Assembly (NCBI GenBank): GCA_030324005.1 | Contig: JARDVH010000132.1 | Coordinates: 91,573,905 to 91,637,904 of the forward strand | Direction: 5' to 3' | DNA length: 64,000 nucleotides | Source of the DNA: Negaprion brevirostris | Taxonomy: Eukaryota | In this document: positions 25,239 to 40,000 of the stretch, piece after piece | Numbering within the stretch: the stretch's first letter is position 1 | Layout: each line of letters opens with the position of its first letter | Position numbers and translations under genes: made by a program | Notes under the pieces: generated by a model | The model's database searches: none | What the model was told of the DNA's origin: nothing | What the model saw: only the letters and a program-made list of their open reading frames with translations

Positions 25239-28200
25239 CACATGAGTTAGAATATTTCTGAGAGAAAAAAAAGACTAATTCACAATTACAATCGAAATAG
25301 GCCCTTATTCAGAAAGACTATTATGTACATTTTGTCATGCCATTAGCACAAATTATTCCTTTGCCAGTTCTGGACTGCATTTGGTGGGTAAAACGACTGA
25401 TACACTTGTTAGTTGGGAACCAAAGAGGGAGACATTTACGGCAAGGTTAAGTATGTGGCTACGAAATCTACCTTACTTTACATGAAAACTACCTTTTCTT
25501 AATCCACCGCAACTCAGTGTGGACAGTAATTCAGTAATACTGTACTAGTTTAATATTTACTTGTTTTACATGCAGCAAACCAAGCTGTCTATATACTTGA
25601 ATCCTTGTGTCCATTGTTGTGATTATCTCTGTGACTGGGCCTTTGTGCTTGGGCGGTGTCCGAGTAAAGATCGTGTAAACAAACAAAAGAAAAATCTCAA
25701 TTTAACTCAGGATGTTTAATATAAAGTTAACAGGCTGTGTAGTGCATATGAAATGTTATTTTCGTGGTGAACTTGGAACATATACTGTATTATTTTCACT
25801 GTGAATGAACCTGTAGAAACTCCAGGCTTTATGCTGTCCTTTGTGAGACTGAGTAACGGCCTTGCCCGGGGTGCATGACGATTGTGTTGTTCTTCAGAAA
25901 TTATATGAAACTGATTTGCATAGAATGCTAATATAAGTTGTATTTCAAAGAGCAGCGCTGAGCATGCTGCTACACGATACTCTTGTCTGTTGTGGAAAAT
26001 AAAAGCACGAATAAAGTTCTCAGACACTTTGTATTTATCGGTGTTGTGGTGCAAAGAAAAGTGTAAAATTTGGTTTAAAACTACCTATATGTATAACTAG
26101 TAACTACCTATGTTTTGTGTGTAACTGTCACCCTTAAAAATTGTTTTGACGCATTTATGCGATGGAATAAACAAACAATATTGTCAATAAATGTAATGTG
26201 TACAAGGAAAAAATCTGGGTGCAATAGAAAGAACATATACCACTAATGTGTTTTAAATGGGAATTATCTTTAGACCTGTAGAGCTAACACATTTACACTT
26301 GTGTACACGTTTGAAATGATTACCTCGTGTCATATTGACCAAACTATACTGTTTGTAATGAAATGTCATTTTATTTGTTGTCTAATAAAATATATGTTTG
26401 ACTACATATAAAATATGCTCTCTGTCTCTGAATCTCAATGTCTGGAACTCCACGATTACATTCGTATTTCACCATCACTGTTAGATATTCTAAATTCACT
26501 CGTACTGAGCGGAAATATTTTTAAATACTGTACACGAATTAACTTGCAGGCGAACAGCAGAGTTAATGAAATAAAGTTTGTTATATTCATGTAAATAATC
26601 CTATGTCTTTGCTCACAGTAACAGAATGTCGCCAATATCAACCCCAACTAATTTGCAACATTTTGCCGATTTTGCTGAAAATCCACTTTTGGATTTTACC
26701 CCAAGTTCTGACATTGAAAACGCAGCTCAAAGTTTAGATATTCCTTAATAAATAAAGTTTGGATTTTCCTTAATAAATACAGCAACGAATGTTATCACCA
26801 CAGCTGACGTGACATGACTTAACAGGGGTAACTAAAATTAGAATGAGATTGGGGTTTCTGAAAAAAGGGGAAGAAAATAGTGCGATCGTACAACGTTGGC
26901 TGGGAAGCGGATCTGATGACAAAGATCCTGCATGCGTTTGAGCTTAACGCCCAGTTATCACCAATTAACCCGAGAACGTGCAAAAAAAACTGTGCATTAA
27001 CAACTTTTATCTGCGGTCTGGCCATGCGCCAAGGCCGTTGGTTATTTATATGATTTGTTATGTGCGACTTATCCAAGTAATGCAGCATTCAGCTAGAAGT
27101 GGAAATGAATAATCTTGAGGTTCTTGCCCGTGTGAAGATCTCCAAATGTTTTGGGATTTCATCGCATTATAAAGAGGTAAATAATTCGAAACATTCGCAA
27201 TCGCACAGCTCCCTGCCGCCATTTCTTTAACTAGTCAACACAAAGGGGTCGGATCCTTAGGAAGTAATGTATATTAGTCTAAGGCGCCCTACCGCTAACA
27301 AAAAGTTGTGTACGACTTGGCTATTTATGCAACTTCCTTTCCAACTGTAAGATCCCTAGTAACTTTTTTAAGGCTCCGAAGACAGTTTGGATAGATTTAG
27401 TGGAATGCAACTGATTTGGAAACTGGGCAGAGAGGCCCATGTAGTTTGAAGTCTTGGCAGTGGCTGTCGTTAGTAAAATCCAGAGTGGTGTACCGCAATA
27501 AAAGAAAATGACTGCTGTAAGCGTTTATGGGGTGTAAAACGCTGGAGGTTAAGGGGCGAAGTGCATAAACACGACACTGAGTATTCTTCAGTATCTGGCA
27601 GCAAACACTCGCATAGGGTTGCAGTCATTATTTTTTATTATTAGGCTATGAAACAGTTGTTAAATTGAACTTCTATTTTTAATTTTTTAGTGTTCAGTCT
27701 GAAAGGTTATAATGTTGTGACGCCCTCTGTTGTTGCAGATGGAACTTCAAAGGCTAAACAGGGAGACTTGCAATAAAATGAAGGGTCTGGCAAGCCGTCT
27801 GGAATTCGGGTTTTAATGAGTTTACAACTGTCCAGCTACAATCAGTATTTTTCCAGAGAAGGCGATCCATTTGTTTTGTCTGGCTGCCTAGACAAAAGGG
27901 TCTGCGGAAATAACGACCTTTATTAGTCTCGTCCTTAACGTGGGCCCTTCAAATATCCCTTTACTAATTTATTGCGTCTAGTGGAAAGGTAACAGATCTT
28001 TAGTTATTTTGAAACGTGGTTTGGCGCACTTTGAAATTAAGCTTGATAGTCTTAAGAAAAAGACGTGTCAAAATAGATATAGGTATCAGTTTCCGGACAG
28101 TTAGAAAAAAGGTTTTTGTGCATTCTGACAGCGATTTCTTAGTTGCAGTTTTCATTCACGGTCAGGAGATGGCAGTGTTGAACCACAGAAGAATTCAAAA

Positions 28201-31200
28201 AGAGTGCCGCCAAGCTGCCAAAAAGTGCAATAACTGCTATAAACTGGGATTTATTTGTACAGTAGGTTGTAAATAGGCTGAAAACACCTACCACAAATGA
28301 CACTTATAAAAATGGACTGAGGTCGATGGAGTTTATTTATTTTGAATCCGTCAACTCATTTGTGGACAGATTAATTCCGCTTGACACGGGGTTTAGAAAT
28401 CCATTTATACTCCTGTGTTTTATTTTTAATGTACAAAACACGATTTAAATTGATTATCTCCATCTTCGTTCCCCATTCCACTCAATTGTTTGCAACAGGG
28501 GATAGCGATTAGAAGTTGAGTATGTGACAGAGAAGTGTCGTGAGCTATTTTATATCTATCCGCACGTAAAACAGCATTTAACATATACAACTACGTACAT
28601 GAACACACATCCATCCATCCATATATATATACAGGCATACATGTGCAATCGTATACCTAAATCTATTTGCCCGCACTCTTGTTATCCTGAAATTCCCGTT
28701 GGAGACCTGTATGAGTGAAATGTTAAATGTGGCATATCTTGAAGTAGAAACATAATTTTACATTGTGAATTTTTCTGTATATTTTTGATTAGGCTTCATA
28801 CTGGTGTAATTTATAAAAAATAAATCTATTGATGGAGTAAGTAGCGTTATGAATGGCATGTGGTGAAATACACGTTTGATGAAAAGTTCTGAACAGTAAC
28901 TTTTAGAAATTTCATCAAGTCGTTAATAACTTAGGCACAGTTGTAATGTAACCAAAGAGGTCAGTTTGAAGGACGCTTGTTTATTTTTGTTAAACCATGT
29001 TCACATTATCTTTTCACATTGAGTCAAACTACGGCACACATACTGAACTGTACACATCTTTCAATGGGAACATCCTGTAAAAGTGGCCCCATATTGGGCT
29101 TGGCATGAATGAAAGCGTCGGTCAAATCCAAAGAATGTTTTGCTTGGTTGAGTGCCTCCTGATTTATTTATACCAAATCAGCTAACGCTTTCTCATACAT
29201 GCAAAGTCCAAACCTCGTTGCAGCTTTTTAAAAATTGCATAATAGTGTATACCTTCTGAAACGAAAACGGGTGGGTCCTTCGCGTTATTATAACGTGGCG
29301 TATAGGAGTTAGATCATTCATGCACTTGCCATCTTGTGAATAATAACGATAAATTTCGTGATATATGATACAAAACAATGATACACGGATTCATTAGTCT
29401 ACATAACCAAACTTCAGTGCAATGTACACAATTTTATTTCCAGTGCAGCTCTGCATATACAAAATTAGTATATTTCTTGTCACAGTGTAGAATTAAGCCC
29501 GAATTTAGCTAGAGCCTAAGAAGATTCTATTTCCTGCATAGAAGGAATCGGGAGCATTTACAGCCAGATAATAGATTCGGAACCATAGCAAATGACGTGT
29601 AACGAAATCGAGATATATGTATTTGAAAGTATGCCGACAGGAATGATGTAGATTATTATGCAGTGGCAATTCAAATATGTGCCCGCTGAGCACTGTGTTA
29701 TTTTCTCGATTGAAATGTAGGAATCCCGACTGCAAATTAAGATTATCTGTTACTACGCCACATAATTTTAATGGTTCACATGTGTTCGTAAGCAATTTAA
29801 AATAACAATACAGCAATCTGCTCTAAATACATAGCAAAAAAAAATATACAGCAGCATCCAGAAATACAGAAGAGGCTCAGATTTCTGAACTTTAGGAAAC
29901 TGTCATTATAATTTAAATTTATGCAAACATAATGCTGTAAGGCAACTGGTGTTTATTTGTAACCTTTCTATGTATCTATCTCGCTATGATTCTATGCTTT
30001 TTGATAATTGCATATTCACCAGATTAATTTTCTTTCTTTCAATGCTCTTCCAGTAAACATAGTTTGAAACGGCACTGTTTATAAATAGTTTACTGTCCAA
30101 CTATATGATTCAATTGTGTTTTGTTACAAAAATATGCGGTAAGATTTGAAGTTCGAACCATAATTATTTACTAATTCATGCTAAAATGTTTTCCGTTTAC
30201 TTAGGTTTCTGTACTTTCTCCAGCCAAGCTGGTAATGCAGTGTTGTCTGCACATTCTTCTGTAATAAAAGTAAATAAACATTTGGGGTTGTTTCTTAATA
30301 AACCTTGTGCATTAGTGTAGGCGCTTGGTTGATAAATTCTTATCTAATGTAACAATGGAACACACGATTAATTGAAATGTTCAATATGCAGTTATAATAT
30401 ATATTTTATTTACATACGTGTGAAACTGGGACCGTGCAGTCGCAATGCCCCTGACAAACAGTGCGAAGAGCCTTAAGGCCACGAGAAATGGTGAAGTAAA
30501 GAACAAATTAAAACTAAAAAAAATCAATTTCCTCAGACATCTATTTCAAATATTAGGAGAATGAAATCTTACATGTCCGGCGGAAATCGGAGATCAAACA
30601 TTTGACTTAAATTAGCAGTTAAGTTAGCATTATTGAATTAGAAAAATATGAGTGCAACTCTGACTTTACTGGTAACCCGTTCAATTATATTGCATTTTCA
30701 TCCACTCTTCACATCCTTCCATTTTGAATGGCTATTCTATTCCTTGCAATCAAAGAGCAGTCCAGAGCGGTAATCCATTTTTAGCGAGGAATCTTTAATC
30801 CTGGAAAATATGTTTTTTTTATTTGCATGTTCACATCTATTTACTATTTGTATGTATATACTCGTTTCCTCTGATGGACAAAGCAACACGCTATTGATTT
30901 CAATGATTTAAACTTTACTTAAACTCTCAACACTTTTATGCCGGTTCGGTCTGGCAAAACCTTTGATACCTCAGCTTTCCGGGTGCATTTTGATGTTGAA
31001 AAAGTTTAGGATTCGGCTTAAACACTCCGTGGAATGTCCATATTAGCGTATAGCTCCGTTTTTAGAAATGTGGGGGACACATGGATAATGTGGACAGTTT
31101 AGTAGGTTTAGATCAAAGATTGCTCTTTAACGGGCAAGGGGCGAATGTAGTACAATAACGGCCTGATAACCACCCCCGTTGGCGTAAAGTCTGTCTGCTT

Positions 31201-32665
31201 AGCACAAGGATTGTGACATACCAAAGGAGACGCTAGAGATCAAAAGAAAATAACATTTCCCAATATTGGGGAAAATGGCAGATCCCAGGCGGAAATGCAG
31301 AAAGACGTTTTGTTGCCACAAGCCTTTAATTTCGAAGTACCAGGTGCATCGTTTGTAAGACTGCGTATCTATTGAAAACAGTGGGATTGCATTCGTCCGT
31401 TTAACACCGACAAATATGCCTGTTAACGTTGCACTTAGAACACCNNNNNNNNNNNNNNNNNNNNNNNNNNNNNNNNNNNNNNNNNNNNNNNNNNNNNNNN
31501 NNNNNNNNNNNNNNNNNNNNNNNNNNNNNNNNNNNNNNNNNNNNAACACCGTTCCGCTGGAAAGCAACCAAAAACCTAAATAGAGCAACTGGACAATATG
31601 CGAGGAAATTGTGGATAACAGCTTCGGAGACAAGTTGTGTGACCTAACGAGAGGACAGGGAGAGACAGAGAGAGAAAAAAGTTGTAAAACAGAAGGAGGA
31701 AATGATACTGGGGTAAATCCCCTGCGGGGTTCTAATCAGATTACCTAGCAACTCGAAAAGGTTCACGCAGAATAGTTGTTGGACTGAAATCCGTCTGAGG
31801 AAATGTGGAAGTTTTCAAACTGAAATGGTGCATTGCAGAAAATCAACACAGAAACATGCTTGGATGTTCAAAAGAAATCCGGGAGTTGATAACAGAAGCT
31901 CCACAGCCATCCTGAGCGATGCTGCTGCAGCCTGTTTATTGTATCTTTCCTCTTCACTGAAACCGCACAGATTATTCTATAATCTAGAGGTCAAATGTGT
32001 ATTGACCATTAATTCACCAGGGCTCCAGTTTCTCTGGTGTCGTTCAGCAGCAACTGTACAGGGGNNNNNNNNNNNNNNNNNNNNNNNNNNNNGGAGTGAT
32101 CATTTCTTTTAAATGAAACCGTTTAATCTTTCCCGTTTTAGAGCAAAATGTAGAATGATCCTTAATCTTAGTCCAATGTAACTATTCAAGAAATAGTTGC
32201 TAAATGAAGGCAAATGTCTCCTTTATTATGTCCGTGTCAACGTTTCACTACACTTCCAAATTCATCACACATCTTATTTTCAAAAATATTGAATACATAC
32301 CTGCGTTCCTACAACCTTCACATGCATGTGGGACATTGGCTTGCAAAGTAATATTGAGAAGATACTTAACTTTTAAGGTTACACAACCTTTTCCATATTA
32401 ATAAGACTGCAAGAGATTATGTATGACTTTTGCACAATATATTTTTGAAAATAGTCGGATAACATGCTATTTACCACCTGTGATGTGGAATGCGATTGGG
32501 CGACTGGATCACATGGTCAGGTCACGTGAAAAGGAATAAGTCGGGCNNNNNNNNNNAGGAAACTGGGTGTTTGGTGTAAATCGGGGGTGTAATGCTGCCA
32601 TATATCACGCTATCTCGTAAAACCGACACTGAAGAGCCTTGGCCAACAAATCACCAGACAAAATT

Positions 32666-33059
32666 ATGAGTTCGTCGTATTATGTGAATGCTCTTTTTCC
32701 CAAATATACGGCGGGGACATCCGTTTTCCAGAACGCGAGTGGCTTTACAGAAGCAACTTCTTGCGCTTTTGCTACCAACTCACAAAGATCCGGCTATGGA
32801 GCGGGCGCCAGCGCCTTCCCAGCCCCGATGGCCGGGCTGTACAATGTTAACAGTGCAATCTATCACGGTCCTTCCATGTACAACACAGGTTATAATCTAA
32901 ATTCAGATTCCTACAACCTGCGCTGCTCTGCCTTAGACCAGAACATTCCAGTTCTTTGCAGCGATCTCAGCAAACAGGGTTGCGAAAAATTGGATCAGAC
33001 AAACGTGCACCCTCAAGCAGAGAGCAATTTCCGGATTTACCCCTGGATGAGGAATGCAG
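32666..33059 (+). CDS. hoxa7: Homeobox protein Hox-A7, exon 1
   Basis: The N-terminus is MSSSYYVNALFPKY and the hexapeptide is FRIYPWMR. The donor is GCAG|GTATGG at 33060. Confidence 0.95.
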
Positions 33060-33202
33060 GTATGGGACATAAATGTAACATAGCTACGAGAAACGTGCGA
33101 ATGACCAGTTAAAATGAGCGCCACTACATCCTGAAGGTAGTTAAGAGTTTTAATGATATCTGAGGAGCAGTTCCTCAAACGCATGTAGTATTGTATGCAG
33201 AT

Positions 33203-33236
33203 AGCAATCATAAAACTTTTATTGCACAATTAATCA
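33203..33236 (+). promoter_or_regulatory. HB1-type homeodomain-binding cluster in HoxA7 intron
   Basis: AGCAATCATAAAACTTTTATTGCACAATTAATC contains opposed CATAAA/TTTAT sites plus ATTA. It resembles the conserved HB1 intron element of Hox7/Hox4 genes (recalled, not aligned). Confidence 0.65.
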
Positions 33237-34010
33237 GTACAATCCTCGTAAAAGCACTCGACTTCCGCTCCTTTATAGTTAACAGCAACTCACATATTGC
33301 TTGTTTACTCACTTTTATCAACACCAAACAAGAACTATTTTTAACTGTTAAGCGGGAAAACTGTATATTCTCGAGTAAATGCGGAATGCTATGTTCCAGT
33401 TCGAAAGTAGCTTTTACACATTAGGCCAGGCCCGTGGAATTGAAGATTTTTTTTGCACCCCATGAGAGCTCTTTGGGCGCGTGTTACGCGTNNNNNNNNN
33501 NNNNNNNNNNNNNNNNNNNNNNNNNNNNNNNNNNNNNNNNNNNNNNNNNNNNNNNNNNNNNNNNNNNNNNNNNNNNNNNATCAGAATGAACCTGGCGGGT
33601 TCATTTGCTGGCATTCGAATCTGACACATTTGGGGTTGAAAGGACTTGCACGCAGGCTTAAGGTTTTAGTTACCTGTCATTTCCGTGTCTGAAATGTTAA
33701 CATCGGTGCTCTTTATCTTGGATGAAATAACAGTTTCGGGGTACCCGTATGGATGGATGTAAGTAAAGAGTTGAGAGCACAGAGTGACTTTCACTGAAAC
33801 TTGGGATAGATCCTTGATTTTTAAATGCTTTGTCAGAGGACCGCAGCGAGATTCCAAAATGTCCATTCGCACCTTAAGGCAGTCCATTGGCATCTGAATA
33901 TTTTGTTCAGCCACAGATATTCCAATGAGTTATGAAAGCGTATAGGTAGGCGAAGAGGTGAAAAGGACATGAATAGGTTGACAGGGCTACTTGTACTTTG
34001 TATTATTTAA

Positions 34011-34295
<285 letters not shown>

Positions 34296-36889
34296 ATCTC
34301 CCCCAATGAATGCTGAACTGTGCGAAGAAAGTTGTTCTTCAGCCGCTAATCATGACATTTGACGAGCAAACTACAATATGGGACTATTTCAGAAATACTG
34401 TGCATTAGCACTTATAATACTACCTATGCGTTTTAATAATCTCTGTCGAAATCATGTCTTTAGAATATAAAGTTCGCTGGTTTTGGGTGTCAGTCCAAAA
34501 GTGTAGAATTCAGAATGTTTATCTGTATTAGGTAGGAATATCAGAATTAAGTTCCGAATCCGTGCTTGAAGTAATTAAGGGGAAACGGAAGCATTTAGAA
34601 CATATGTCCGCAGGTGTTGTATGAAAACAATAAAAATCGGACTGCTTGTTTTCTCAAGTTTAATTGAGAATCTCTCCCCACAATAATGAGATGAAAGTGA
34701 ATGAAATTCGAAACCTTTATTCGCCGTCATTAAAATGAGGGGGATTGGATTCGGAATCTGGATTCTCCAGTAGTACAACCAGCGGAACAATGATAGCCCA
34801 TAGAGCAGACTGTAACCATCCTTCTAATCTAAAATTCCATATGCCACTGTTTTGTTCTAAAATAGATCTGATGCACTGAGCTATTTCTCAGACTTATTTT
34901 ACCTCTGCGATCATGTCTTCTTTATACATTTTACAGTATTCCTGCTTACTATTCACGAAATAAAAACATACCGTGATAACTGATTCTCTAGTCCAATCAG
35001 AGATCAAATACTTGAGCCATTCTAGCCCATGTAGCAAGAGCTGACGGAAAACTCACTTGTCGAGTAAAATAGTTTATTTGTGTTCAATTTTTTTAAAAAA
35101 ACATTTCCTGCATTTGTTCTTAAGTACCAATAGCAGAATGAAGAAGATTTCTCTTTGCATATAGCAATGGAATGTAAACTACCTAAACCACAATTGTGGA
35201 CACCTTGCACGTCTATGGAAACTACCTATATGTTTTAATTTAACATTCGTTTCTAGACACATAGTGTTGTTATGGGAGTCTTGACTTTTCGCACTTCTTC
35301 AAACAGTGCCCATAATATGAGAGTAAAAATGTGAAATATATTCTGGTGTTTTTTTTAATGAGGTGCGTGTATAGCCACTTTATAACACTAAATAGTGATA
35401 ACTACCTAGATACCGGTTTACATTTGACGCGAATGGAATCGTTCCGTACTGTGCTTAAATACTATACTGTAAAGAAAAACAGAAAAATCGTAATGAGAGG
35501 GGGAGGGGATTGCATTATTTCTCCTCGATCAATGGCATTAAAATGTATAGATGCTAAAGATTTCACAGAAACCATGTATTATTGAATGATGTAATTGTGT
35601 TTCTTTAAGTATGTTGTATCAGTTGTCTTATACATGTGTACTGTTAACTTATAAAATAAAAAAATCCAGTAACCAAAAGTAATAATAGAAACTCCGAACT
35701 GCATCGTCGACTGGATATTTTGCGGTTCCATATTCGGTGTGGTATCTTGTCAAGCGAAAGTTTTGCTTTGTAATCTGTGTACGTGTTGTTAAATAATAAC
35801 CGATGTTAAAGGTTTAAGGTGCAATCTATTTAAAATACATATATTCGTTCCAACCATGTATACTTTGAATGGAGTCTCTGTAGACAAACAAAAATAAGAA
35901 ACATTAAACGGTGCTTGGAAAACAAGAGTCTCACTTTCTTGCCTGAGCGGGCGCCACCAAATGAGTGGTTGCAAGATTTGTTATAAAGACAAGAGTAACC
36001 TAATTAATAGCAGCAATTAAAAAACATCCCATTTCGAAAGTAACACATAATTATTTACACACCGCAGCCCATTCAGTGCCTTTTAATCTGACTTCAATAA
36101 ACAAATTGATCCATCATGTTTCTACGCCAAATGGGCAATTTTTATACTAATTAAATTCGAATATGAGCACATTGATGCCAAGATTGAGCAAATCTTTATT
36201 ATCATTGGCTAGCATATATATAAATATATATTTTAAAATAGGGGAAAATTCAAAAGCAAAATATTCGAATTGGGACGAAGGTGGGCAAAAAAGTTCCCAG
36301 TAAACATTCAGGGTCGGATCATGACCATTTCTATTTGAGAGCAGTATAAGGAAATGGAAAAAAAGATAACACAGAGAGCACAGCCTAGTAGAGTGTTCGG
36401 TTTAATAAGAAACATAAGATTTGAAACGAGAAAAAAACGAACCCAGTCGCTCTGCCATCGCAGAGCTTTGAACGAATTTTCGAGTAAGCGCACGTATTAA
36501 TCGCTCCGTAAGCGGTGCGGCGCTTAAATTTGCAGTTAGATCACACAAGATGGGCGAACTCATAGCCATTTTATTTGTTACTGTTGCATATCGAAACAAA
36601 AAACGAGTAAACTCGAACAAATATCGATAGAACAGTTACGGTTATGCCTAAAACAGAATTGATGCGTTACGACAACAGATTGGCTGGAGAAACAGGAAGA
36701 TTTCTGTTTTTAAAAAAATCAAATTCCATGATATTATCATGATAACGCGGTTTCAGAAAAGGGAAAATTTTTTTTTAAACTGTGGAAAAAATCTTTAATA
36801 ATTTCACAATTTTAACTTGTGTCTTTGTTAAAAATGGCGTCTAAGACCTGCCTCCTAATAGTCATGGGGAAATGTCATAAATCCGTTGT

Positions 36890-37035
36890 TGTTTTATGAA
36901 AATTTACAACTTTGCAATAGAACTTTACGAGTTGTTCGGTTTTTCCATTGGCCACTGAAAGTCATGTGGAGTGTAACCGTGAACATGAACTTTTTATAAT
37001 TTCCCTTGCGACTATAGAGCTGCATTCTTTTGCTA
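36890..37035 (+). promoter_or_regulatory. Conserved Hox7/8-Hox6 intergenic element (four-cluster-sequence type), likely distal promoter
   Basis: The sequence reads TTTTATGAAAATTTACAAC..TTTACGA..CCATTGGCC..CATGTGG..GAACATGAACTTTTTATAATTTCCC. It contains Hox/Cdx sites, an inverted CCAAT, an E-box and a TATA-like element, and matches my recollection of the element shared between Hox clusters at this position. Confidence 0.7.
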
Positions 37036-40000
37036 AACGCGTGTTGGTTCGGATGTGAGAGCTTGCGGGCTTTCTTCAACGCATATTTTGTTCTTTTTCC
37101 CCCCTCCCAGCGCTAGTGATTATTGCCCATGGAGCTTCAATGCATCCAAGCTTTCAACACAGATCCCACGGCTGGTAGCTACGAATTCCTCCACGGAAGG
37201 TGGAGCATTGGATTAAAAAGAGCCGGCTCGGATCCGGAGGGCAGTTTCCTGCAAGTCGTCACCAAACGCCGCTGGCGGAATGCGAGAGCCATTGGCCGGG
37301 GGTGCAGCTGAACGGACAGCTGTCAAACTAGCACGGGCTCTGCACACACTGACACTGGGGCTCAGCAAATACCATACCCGGTCTGTGCAGAGCCCGGGAC
37401 TGTCAGGCCGAGAGATACACTCAGCAACAAGGTAAGGCCCACTCGCTCTTCACAGTTTTCCAATTCTGCAAAATTCATTTCTTTAAAAAAATGCCTTCAA
37501 ACAAAGTTATTGTAACAGCCGCTCTTTAATGATCTTTGATTTGTCAAAGTTGAAGGATATGATGCAAAAAGTGTCGATCAGCTTCGGAATGTGTTAACTC
37601 AAGTGTAGAATTGGTTGAGTGTCTATTGAAACTAATCTGACCGGTTTTTAGGGGCNNNNNNNNNNATCTGTTTTTATTTTTGAAATATACTTGCTTTCAA
37701 AAGAGTATGAATAATGCTTTTGACGTCGTGCGTTCTGGTTGATTTGATCGAGAGCCGTCTTATTCGTTCAAAGTGTTTTGCATAAGGAACCAGGTCACAT
37801 TAAGTAAAACACAATCCTCGATTGCGATTTTAAATGTCATGTATGTCAGAGAATACTGAAGGTGCGTCTCGTATTATTGAAAGTTTTTGCAGATTGTAAC
37901 GGGGTAAAAAAAACACACATTTCAGTTGCAAATAAATAATCTGCCGATTGCAGCGATGGCGACGACCCGTCTTACACTGAAAAAGTGATTTATTTCTTTT
38001 AAGTCGCCGTTCTTGCATTGCGTAAATTTCGTATCACATGCGGTGTATTTTAACACCATTTTTATCGTTAGCTTCGAAACTTATCTGGGAGCAAACAAAT
38101 GTACATCGTGCATTGATGCTAATTAGCTGGCGTTTATCTAGGTGTCGTGATTGCAAGTTATTTGTGTTTATTTTGTGTGCTGATTCTGCTGAAGGATGAA
38201 AAATGATCAAACACATCGTATTTCGGGTGTGAGCATGCAAATGTGTCTTATTGTTTTTATTTAACGCGTAGGTTGTCTTTCTGACACTGAGACACTTAGC
38301 CCCGACTGACTGCGAATGTGTGTGTTCGCGTGGATATTGATATTTGCTCTCCTTTTTGAACTCGTTGCTGCCACCGTGCGTTTGGAGTGTGGGCGAACTT
38401 GCGTTGCTGCTGCATAGCGTCTCTCCTGGTCATGTGTTGGTGATGAAATGGTTGACTTGCATTCTTAAATTAACCATTCTATGTGTTGCTTTGTGGCCTG
38501 ACTCAGTAGTCAACAATTTGCTTTCATAATATCAGGATTTACTGAATTTGATTAAAGTGGCATTTGGAGCGGAAAACCATTCTTTAGCTATTAAATGTCT
38601 GTAACTATGGGCTTTGCGCATAGAAACGAATGATTACCCCTTGTACGCTCAGTATATCACTAAGGTTGTACTGGGTCTTTGAGTGGAAAATTAGTATGGC
38701 TGCAATACATGTCTGCAAATAGTTTTGTTTTGGCTCTCATCAATCGTAAATAAATAGTTAATATTTATGAAAAAAGTGAGAAGGTAAAATATGCGTATTT
38801 GTGATTAAGTAATTACATTTCCATGTCATAGTTGGCGATGCAGTCAGAAATATTAAACCCGTTCGCTGTGAATCTACAAAGTCTCCTTGATGATATGCTT
38901 AAACTGTAGTAATAACCCATATTTGTGATGTCAAAGAGTTTTTATAGCTGTTGTTTTCTGGAATAAGAGCGAAATAAACATGAATTCGAATTTAACGAAG
39001 AGTTTGAATTAACCCTGAAATTTGAAATAAATGGCAACACAGTGTCGTCCATGAATCGAGCGTTTAATAGATAGGCCCGTTTTCCGGTCTTAAAGCGTTG
39101 CAGACTTATTTTCATCTCTTAAAGTGCAACTATGATTACCCCGAGACTGCAAATAATATTGATCATTTTAACACGTCAAGGAATGCGGCTCCGGAAGGTG
39201 TTACAGCCAGTACAAAGCAATTAGAAGATTTATACTGTTTCCCTGTAATAGTTGTAGTTTCAAAACCAGGATATGAGCACAGCTATAAGTAATATAAAGA
39301 ACCAGATGGTTTCTAACTTGAAACAAGGCCTCGCAATTCACAATTTGAAAGAAGACATGCCATTTCATCTCAGGAGAATGAAATCGAGTGGATGAGGTGT
39401 GTGTTTAAATGCTGCCATTTTGTAAAATCTTTCTTAATCAGTCAAATACACGAATGGCTGCAAACTAAGTTCCAGTTTAATTTCACCAGCCAAGGGAAAT
39501 TACATTTGCTGTTACTAATTAGGCTGCACCAGTCCTGATCACCAGAGGAACAAATAAGACTTAAGCCAGAAAATTCTTTCTTATTAACGACATAATTAAA
39601 TCTAATTTACACACTTGTGGATTTTACAATATTGCAGCTTTGTTTGGTTTTATTCCCCTAAAATGATTGGCATGCCCTTATTTCAACGATGCCAAAATTC
39701 AATTCACTACATTTCAACTTCTATCTTTGACGATATTTTATTTTGTATTATCATTAGGAAGTTTTTGCTGTCTGCACGGAAATACAAATACGTCAACGGA
39801 AAGAATAAATCGCAACGGTTGTATTGTAATCTTTCGCAGGCCATTTCCTAATTAATCGGAATCTTGAGTGGAAGGACAATTAATTGGTGCTGTATTTTCT
39901 GCAGAAGCAAATTTGCTTTCAAAAATGATTTCTAAAATATATGATCAAAGCACATTAGAGATGTAATGATTCAAATTGCTTTGTGTTGTTTTCCATCTCA

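Noticed and set aside
28016-28276. ORF with LRKRRVKI..LNHRRIQKE, loosely resembling Hox8 helix 2/3
   Set aside because: The invariant WFQN and LEKEF motifs are absent and the spacing is wrong, so the basic-residue similarity is probably chance.
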